64,000 bases of DNA from Schizosaccharomyces osmophilus (lineage: Eukaryota): NCBI RefSeq assembly GCF_027921745.1, contig NC_079238.1:1674001-1738000 (forward strand). The letters are read 5' to 3'. Each line of letters starts with the position of its first letter. Position 1 is the first letter of the stretch. This document shows, one piece after another, positions 56,922-64,000 of the stretch. The position numbers and the translations under genes were made by a program. Below the pieces are notes generated by a model, which was not told the DNA's origin, did not search any database, and saw only the letters and a list, made by a program, of their open reading frames with translations.

Positions 56922-59900
56922 ATGGTACAGTCTGCTACTCCTAAAGACGAAACGCCGGATGATGTTTCAAAGGGGAACTTCTTGAATTCATTCAAGAGGA
57001 CTATGAACTTTGATAAGCCTTCTACAGATGAGAGAGACTCGTTTGCGCGAACACCATCGCAGGGTTTTTCTAACAAACAAGCAAACCCATTAGAGTTTAC
57101 ACCTCTCTTAAATTCAGTGAGGCAGAACTCCTCTAATCAAATATCGTCCTTGGATGAGAAAAGTCCTTACCGTCGAGACTTTTCGATTCTATCGCCCGTT
57201 TCGGAAAAAGCATCTCAAGAAGGCATTAGTATTGATCAAAAAAGTGACGCTTATGATATTTCGAAACTGGATGAAAGCTCTTTCATATCGAATGCTGAAG
57301 GCACAAATGATGACCTTCCTGCAAATGCAGCGCTTACCTTACGTGAGCAGGAAAAGATTCTCGAGAATGTTGGCAGAGAAAACTTTGGGTTGCGTGTCAA
57401 AATTGCTTACCTCAATAAGCGCCTTGATTCTATGGCACCAGAGCAGATTCGTGAGGCGGTGAACGACAATGTGGATCTTCACGTTGAGCGAACGAAACTG
57501 CTTCTGCAGTTAAAGAAAAGTGAACAGCTCCTTACAAAATCCCATTCGGAAAACGATGATCTTGTCAAAAAGATCCAGTTCCTTGAAAAGGTTAATAGCG
57601 TCGAACAATCCCAAAATATTAAAGTATTTATGGAACGTATCCGATCTCTCGAAGCAGAGTGTTCTCATCTAAAAGCTCAGCAAGCAAAGTCTTCCCCACC
57701 ATTGAATGAGAATGAAAACCAAATAGACATGGAGTATGACATGAGAAGGCTTCAAGACCGTTACGACGAAATCAATGAAGAGCTCATTGTTGCTCAGGAT
57801 ATGCTGAATGAGAAGGATGGAGAAATTTCTTTGCTGAAACAGCAACCGCAGGAACCTCCATCTAGGGATCATTCACATTCACGAAATAAAGAAGACAATT
57901 CGCATGTACAATTACTTATGGATTTTGAAGCACTCGAGAAGAAGTACGTTGATCTACAAGATGAATTGGCTCATGTGAGGGACGAGCTTCAACAAAAAAA
58001 TAACGAATTAGATTATACCCAGGATATCTCAGAGGTTCAAACGCTAAAAGAAAAGCTACACGAAGCTGAGCTTCATATAAAGTACCTCAACAACCAAATT
58101 CATGACTTTGAAGACATGAGCAATGAGCTGGAAGACCTTACTAATCATGTAGAAAATATGGAAAATGAAAGGGATAAATTACTTGTGAAGATAAAGTCGC
58201 TAGAAAGCACCAACGGTGATTTACGAGAGGTGGCCACTTCATTAGGAAACCAGCTTGAGTCTTTCCGAAGCAAAAATATGTCTTTAGAAGAAAAAAATAA
58301 AATGCTTGAGTTGATGTCGCAATCCAATGATACGGAAAACGTTTTGCGAGAACTGAATATTAGACTAGAAACGATAACTGCTGAAATGACTGATTTACGT
58401 ATGAGATACGAATCGAATTTAGCGGATTTAGAGACTCTTAAAAAAGACAAGAGGAGCTTGCAATTTGAGAATGACAGACATCGAATGGATATGGAAGTCA
58501 CTGTTGCCCAATTGAACCAGGATATTGAACTTGAAAGGGCAAAGTATACTCAAATGACAGAGAATCTAACGAGAACTCGAAAATCGCTGGAAGAGCAAAA
58601 CAGCTCCCTTGAGACTGCTCTACAATCAAAAGAGAAAAACATGTTTCTTTTTGAAGAGCAGATACGGAATTTACGAGCTTCTGAGCAAGAACTATTGACA
58701 AGGTTACATAGCGGACAGGAAACTATTTCTAATTTACAAAGGAAATTGAATAAGCATGAGCTTGAAAAAGAAGAGCTAATTCAAAAATTACGTGAAAGAG
58801 TGAGCACATCTCCTTCTAAAAGCAGCAACCTTATCGATAACATGAATGACGAATTAAGTGTTCTTCGAAGAGAAATTTCAGATTTGAAAGATGAGTTGGA
58901 ATTGAGCGAACAGGACCGTGAGGAAGCGTTAGCTGCCCAAGCAAAACTAACATCGCAAGTCGATCAATTAAGTAAAGAGAGGCAAAATATGATGTTGGAC
59001 TATACGAAGCTAAAAGAGGAGCTTCTTCAGACGCAAGGCCAATTACGCAGAAAAGAATTGGAAGTGACAGATTTAAATCTGAAGCTTTCGGAAAGAAGAA
59101 CCGCCGTAACAAATATTGGGGAATTTGAAAAACAAAGAAAGAAATTAGATTTATTCGCTGAAGATATTCGACGACTTGAAGCTGATAAAATGAATATAGA
59201 AAAAGTGGCATACCAACTTAGTACAGCCATACAGGAGTCTGAAGTCAACAAGAATTCTTTTAAAGAAAGGTTTTGTGCTTTTCTTCTAGAAAGACCGTCC
59301 ACGACAACATTTGATGAAGTTGTAAATCAAATTGAGGATTTAATAAGGAGTCAGAAGCAGAAGATTCAAGAGTTACAAGCGGAGATTGACAAACTGACCT
59401 ATGAGAATTTGAACAGCCAGTTTGGGGGAAATTTTGGATTATCTGAACCTGAAAAGCTCGGTCTTTCTCCTATAGACAAACATAGGGTTCAGAAAATGCT
59501 GGACGATTATCGTGAGCGACTTCATAAAGAGGTAGAATCCAAGTATTCTCTCAAAAACGAATTGCAGACTTTAAAGAAAGACAGCAAATCATATTTTGAG
59601 AAAGCGAAACTGCTTGAGAAAGAAAAGTACTATATGGAATCTGAACTAAAGAAAGTAAAAATTTCTGGCAATTATGATGGAACACACGATGAAGAAAAAC
59701 GGCTATTACACCAGAAGGTGAAAGATCTTGAGAAGGAAGGACGGATTTACGCCCAACATTGGACGGAAAAAGAGAACTTGACATCTGCTGATGTTGTAAA
59801 GGGTGATCGGCCTACATTAGACTCACTGAAAGATGCACTTTGGAAAAAGACCACAAGAATGGAACAACTAAAGTCGCTGTATGATAACCTGAAGTCAGAA

Positions 59901-60353
59901 TATCACATTCTACTAAAAAGCAATAGAACGGAATATCCTCGGTACTTTAATGATTCCGACAAGCTCTCGGCTGGATCGCAGAATTTACGGACAAGGCATT
60001 CTTCAGAAGTACGAGGTTTGATAAAGATGACACAGTTTCTTCAGTCAAAGTTCGAAAGAGAGCATACTCTTCGACTTGATTTAGCTTTTTCCAAGAAGTT
60101 TATATTACTTCAGCTAACTGGCTATGAAACTTGCAACAAACTCAATTTACGTTTGTTGCAGAAGATTGGCATCACGCCCGACAATGCAGTTAGAAAGAAG
60201 AGATTGACCTTTAAGAGTGTTACCATATTAATATGTTCCGTTCAGCGGATGAAGCGAATGAGTTATGACTGGCAGAAGCAATTGGAAGTAAGACAGTCTC
60301 TACAAAGAGCAGCTGAAAAGGCGCGTTTGGAAGCTAAGAAAATTGATGTCTAA
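56922..60353 (+). CDS. pcp1: Spindle pole body pericentrin/kendrin homologue
   Basis: CM1 motif (LTLREQEKILENVGRENFGLRVKI), long coiled coil, PACT domain (REHTLRLDLAFSKKFI, FKSVTILICSVQRM). Confidence 0.94.
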   Translation: MVQSATPKDETPDDVSKGNFLNSFKRTMNFDKPSTDERDSFARTPSQGFSNKQANPLEFTPLLNSVRQNSSNQISSLDEKSPYRRDFSILSPVSEKASQEGISIDQKSDAYDISKLDESSFISNAEGTNDDLPANAALTLREQEKILENVGRENFGLRVKIAYLNKRLDSMAPEQIREAVNDNVDLHVERTKLLLQLKKSEQLLTKSHSENDDLVKKIQFLEKVNSVEQSQNIKVFMERIRSLEAECSHLKAQQAKSSPPLNENENQIDMEYDMRRLQDRYDEINEELIVAQDMLNEKDGEISLLKQQPQEPPSRDHSHSRNKEDNSHVQLLMDFEALEKKYVDLQDELAHVRDELQQKNNELDYTQDISEVQTLKEKLHEAELHIKYLNNQIHDFEDMSNELEDLTNHVENMENERDKLLVKIKSLESTNGDLREVATSLGNQLESFRSKNMSLEEKNKMLELMSQSNDTENVLRELNIRLETITAEMTDLRMRYESNLADLETLKKDKRSLQFENDRHRMDMEVTVAQLNQDIELERAKYTQMTENLTRTRKSLEEQNSSLETALQSKEKNMFLFEEQIRNLRASEQELLTRLHSGQETISNLQRKLNKHELEKEELIQKLRERVSTSPSKSSNLIDNMNDELSVLRREISDLKDELELSEQDREEALAAQAKLTSQVDQLSKERQNMMLDYTKLKEELLQTQGQLRRKELEVTDLNLKLSERRTAVTNIGEFEKQRKKLDLFAEDIRRLEADKMNIEKVAYQLSTAIQESEVNKNSFKERFCAFLLERPSTTTFDEVVNQIEDLIRSQKQKIQELQAEIDKLTYENLNSQFGGNFGLSEPEKLGLSPIDKHRVQKMLDDYRERLHKEVESKYSLKNELQTLKKDSKSYFEKAKLLEKEKYYMESELKKVKISGNYDGTHDEEKRLLHQKVKDLEKEGRIYAQHWTEKENLTSADVVKGDRPTLDSLKDALWKKTTRMEQLKSLYDNLKSEYHILLKSNRTEYPRYFNDSDKLSAGSQNLRTRHSSEVRGLIKMTQFLQSKFEREHTLRLDLAFSKKFILLQLTGYETCNKLNLRLLQKIGITPDNAVRKKRLTFKSVTILICSVQRMKRMSYDWQKQLEVRQSLQRAAEKARLEAKKIDV

Positions 60354-60505
60354 TTTATTGTTGAATGGAATGAATGTATTTTTTAAATTTATGAGAGTAT
60401 GAGATGGATAATAATATATCAAAATTCATTAATCTTTCGTAAAAATTAGAGCTAATTGACAAACTGATATTGACAAATATTAAGATTCATATGAAGCGTG
60501 AAATG

Positions 60506-61448
60506 CTAGCAGATTGAAATAAGAGTATTAGAAGTAGGTATCAAAGAATCCGGGCAAAGAGAGTGAAAGTACATATTTAAAAGAACTGCCGTAATACCCC
60601 AAATTCGAGGAACATCCTTGATGTTGAATTCAATGTATTCAAGATCGGTGTTTCGAAATTTAGTAACCTTTTGGTAATTTGGATTTAAAAAGGAGGTCAA
60701 AGGAATGCAATATACTTTATCCACTTCACCAAAACCAAGACTAGGAAGATTGTTTTGGATCGTAAAAGCCACATAAGGATGGATTTTGGTACGAAGGTCT
60801 TTTGTAAACAAAGAAGGGATTCTGTTTACCAAAGTAAAAAAATCTGGAAGCAGGTCAATTTCTTCATAAGTCTCTCGTAAAGCTGCATAATAATGTGATC
60901 CATCAGAGGGTTCTACTCGACCACCCGGGAAACACATTTGACCTGCATGAGATCGTAAATATGAAGATCTCAGAGTTAACAATAGACAAGCCCGATGCTC
61001 GTAATTAATTAGAGGCTAGTAAAAACGTTAGCAAACCAAGTCCTCTATAATTTCAAAGAATCGTACTTACTATCAGCACAGAAGCAAACTTTGCAGGATT
61101 GTAAGGGGGAGAATAACGAAGATGGGTCGGACGTCGCTGGAGTAGTTCAGCCTGCATCTCCAAGGATTCAGCGTTTAGAATCCCATGCTCGCTCACGACC
61201 TTTGCTTGTGCAAGTTTTTGTAGTGCTACTTGTTCAAAAAATCTTTCATCACACCAGCCATTCTCTGTGCAAGCCGTATAGGTGTACGTTCGCCCACTTG
61301 CAGGCAACTTTTTTCCTCTCGTTTTATTTTTTCCAAAAAAAGTATTCCCTTGCTGATTCCAGGAATAGTTTGCTAAAAAGTTTGGCACGGTCCGTAATCG
61401 ACGGGGTAATAGACGAAGATTCTTTATTTGTTTGTTTAGGGATTTCAT
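60506..61448 (-). CDS. pcd1: Nudix coenzyme A diphosphatase (NUDT7/8 family), 295 aa; intron 61016-61070
   Basis: ASVLI|PL, LLTLRSSYLRSHAGQMCFPGG, AALRETYEEI and RIWGITA motifs. Confidence 0.92.
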
Positions 61449-62179
61449 AAGTAACTCTAGACTTTTTCAAGTCTAACCGTGAAATTCCTTGACTAACAAA
61501 TCGTTGAAATGTTTGACTCCTAGCAATCTAAAGGTTTTCCATTAGCTTTCCATCATATATATTTTACTCTTAGTATTCAATTTCTCTTACCTTCGAGGCT
61601 AAATACGTGGTTAGAAGTTCAATTATAACTTTTCTGATCATAAGGAGCTTTTAGCTATCTAGAAACTTTTTTTCTTTGATAGCCTTCGTAAGATTAAATG
61701 GTTAATAAATTTCAACTGCGAAAAAAAAAAACATCATAAAAAACATTGTTGAATTATATAATAATTGTCTTTTTACAATTGCTACAATAATACTCACATG
61801 AGAGTAAAAGTTGAATAAAATTTGTCTGGTAACTTGGCTTTCATAACAACTAGTATATGAATTAATTGGATGACCTTTTTGAATCAACTGTACAAGCTAC
61901 CAGGTACAAAGACGGCCTCACGCATTCGTAGTAACATCATATCATTTGTCTACTTTAGACACTAATGTACAGTGGGTAGAACACAGCTACCCAAAACAAG
62001 GTAAGACTATTATAAAATTTGCAAGATTGCCAAAAGTATCAGTTTATATCAAATAGAGGCTTGTATCATTTTCACATTTTCAAAAAGAACCGTACTTTTG
62101 GACCCAAACCTGATATACAACAAAATAACTGCCTGATTGTATATACACTACACTTTTTGCTCCCAAAATCATATTCTTT

Positions 62180-64000
62180 TTAAATCTCCATGTTCGTCTT
62201 GTGTTTGGTGGGTGACAGTGTAGGATAAAAATCATGGGATTTTCGATAACTGTATTCACATTCCAATACATGTAGATATTCTTTGTACTTTATGCTTTTT
62301 TCATATAAAAACTTCATTTTTGTGTTCCAATTCGATAGCGTTTTTTTGTAATTCTTTGATCCGGTGCCATAACAGCTAAGCATTTTGTCAAGCACATTTT
62401 GAAATTCCAGACAGGTCTGAAGTAGAGTAGGCACATGGCGACGGAAATCGTTGACTTTTTCGCGTAGTGGGCGTGGAATGTCTCGTAGTCCTTGCAAATC
62501 TGAAGGCTCCCAGTTTTGAATTTCCACCAAATCCCCAACATAGGTAACTGTGCCATCAGCAGAAGTGTAATGGGGTTTATCCTCTGCCCGTCGTAAAATC
62601 GGACCCCAACCATATTCGGTATTTGTAATATTTTCAGGAAGTGGATGACAGGACGCCATTGCAGCATTAAAGTTGAATGCATGAATCCATTCATTCAATA
62701 CGAGGATGTTGTCTACTTGAATAAGTATACTGCATTCTCCAGGGACGTTCAGTGTAAAACAATTATCTCTTCTTGAGGTGCATGACGATGGCACATCAAC
62801 ACTTGCGATCGTATTTTGTAAATCAATTTCTTTGTGAATTGTTCCATGTTTCATCCAAACTTCAGCATCAGAAAGGTCTCCGGAAGTAAACATATTTAAC
62901 TTGTATATATACAGCTTTCCTTGAGAAACTTTGGCAAACCGTTTATACCAAGGTCCAGCTGTCCACTTTCCGTTTTTTTCGGGAATTACTTTTTTGTACG
63001 ATATCAAGCCCTGACGCAACCACGGTAATTTTTCGTGAGTTTTCTCTTCTTTCATATGAAACTCATAGTTGAATATTTGAAAATGCGGTCTTCCATCAAT
63101 CACGTCTGGTTCTGGGAGATCAATTGTTTTTGTTGCGAAAAAACCAGCATTTGCTTCTGTTAATACATAAGATGAATTTTCTTTAAAAGCGTCATTTTCA
63201 CTAGCAATATCTGTATTCGTTATTTTTTTCTGGGGCTCTGCTCTTCGCAACAATTCTGACATTAAATTCATTTTATCCCTTTGTGGACTAACGTGACCTT
63301 TCACTTGGTTGCATAACTGTACATAAACAGCCTTTGGTACTTGGAATGGATTGACAACAAACAAATCGTAAAACTCATTAAGCATACACTCAAGAGCAAA
63401 CCCTACCTCTTGAGGCATACTATTCCAAGACGCACATAAAACTTTGGCTAACATTGTTTTCGATTTTCCATACTTCCTCCATTTTCGTCTTTGCTCAATA
63501 GGAACCGCACATACTGCTTCAGGATGGATTAAGGGCAGTATGGTCTGAAACGTTGATTTGATAAATGTATCCGCTGATGTATAATTGTACATTCGACGTC
63601 TAGTATTCGTTTCTTTGTGCAATCGGACAAGGGATTTTAGAAGCTCTAAAATTATTTCTTCGGTTAAAAACCCAAATGTCGAGTTCTGGCTTAACCATTT
63701 GTTAGCGAAAATGCGTATTAATCGTGAGTTCAAGAAATCTTCAGAACCATAGTAGAGATCGCAACAAATCTTTTGAAAAGCCTCGTAAAGGCTTAGATTT
63801 TTTAAATCATAGTATGATAGATAACTCGAGAAAACTTCACTCTTATTAGAGAAGTAATTTACAAACCAATCGGTGAAATTATAAGAAAGCAATTGGTTCT
63901 GTTGCAGATCCCATAAACAATGAGCAAGTTTCGCAGGATCAGAAAACCTTGAATCACTGCAGACTTGCAATAAAGGAAGGTAGGATGCATTTGGGATATG
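62180..64000 (-). CDS. spo7: Meiotic SPB protein with Sec7-like and PH domains (3' part; continues beyond the window)
   Basis: Frame open to the window edge; PH-like segment (RRDNCFTL, VLNEWIHAFNFNAA, NTEYGWG); synteny with SPAC6G9.04. Confidence 0.8.
   Translation of the reverse strand, partial: HIPNASYLPLLQVCSDSRFSDPAKLAHCLWDLQQNQLLSYNFTDWFVNYFSNKSEVFSSYLSYYDLKNLSLYEAFQKICCDLYYGSEDFLNSRLIRIFANKWLSQNSTFGFLTEEIILELLKSLVRLHKETNTRRRMYNYTSADTFIKSTFQTILPLIHPEAVCAVPIEQRRKWRKYGKSKTMLAKVLCASWNSMPQEVGFALECMLNEFYDLFVVNPFQVPKAVYVQLCNQVKGHVSPQRDKMNLMSELLRRAEPQKKITNTDIASENDAFKENSSYVLTEANAGFFATKTIDLPEPDVIDGRPHFQIFNYEFHMKEEKTHEKLPWLRQGLISYKKVIPEKNGKWTAGPWYKRFAKVSQGKLYIYKLNMFTSGDLSDAEVWMKHGTIHKEIDLQNTIASVDVPSSCTSRRDNCFTLNVPGECSILIQVDNILVLNEWIHAFNFNAAMASCHPLPENITNTEYGWGPILRRAEDKPHYTSADGTVTYVGDLVEIQNWEPSDLQGLRDIPRPLREKVNDFRRHVPTLLQTCLEFQNVLDKMLSCYGTGSKNYKKTLSNWNTKMKFLYEKSIKYKEYLHVLECEYSYRKSHDFYPTLSPTKHKTNMEI

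Noticed and set aside
1..64000. Transposons, Tf LTRs, wtf genes, CRISPR arrays, rRNA
   Set aside because: No terminal repeats, RT/integrase motifs, wtf-like exon sets or repeat-spacer arrays seen; degenerate solo LTRs cannot be excluded by eye

Overview
Eukaryotic, AT-rich fission-yeast DNA: a non-pombe Schizosaccharomyces (probably the S. octosporus/cryophilus/osmophilus group; the species cannot be fixed from this window). It has short GT-AG introns with CTRAY branch points. The gene order matches, from recall, the S. pombe chromosome I block SPAPB1E7/SPAC652/SPAC6G9: rps6, mpa1, rpc17, ogm2, tRNA-His, MFS transporter, glt1, eme1, gde1, cts2-like, rpc82, mcl1, small conserved gene, BC10/BLCAP, xrc4, ebp1, puf4, bqt1, cfr1, syb1, sen1, rpl24, ubp6, arc4, pcp1, pcd1, spo7 (partial). 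I rebuilt 11 spliced gene models by hand. No transposon, LTR, CRISPR array or rRNA was seen. The best leads are non-coding: (1) a Homol D+TATA-driven H/ACA-like RNA at ~3038-3187 whose 3' pocket looks complementary to the 5' end of U2 snRNA; (2) a glt1 5'-UTR intron whose retention would create a uORF overlapping the glt1 start; (3) structured or spliced non-coding elements in the glt1-eme1 and rpc82-mcl1 spacers; (4) a secreted Ser/Trp-repeat protein at the chitinase locus with no GH18 domain; (5) a candidate 68-aa spliced orphan gene. Orthology and synteny statements come from memory and need BLAST confirmation.
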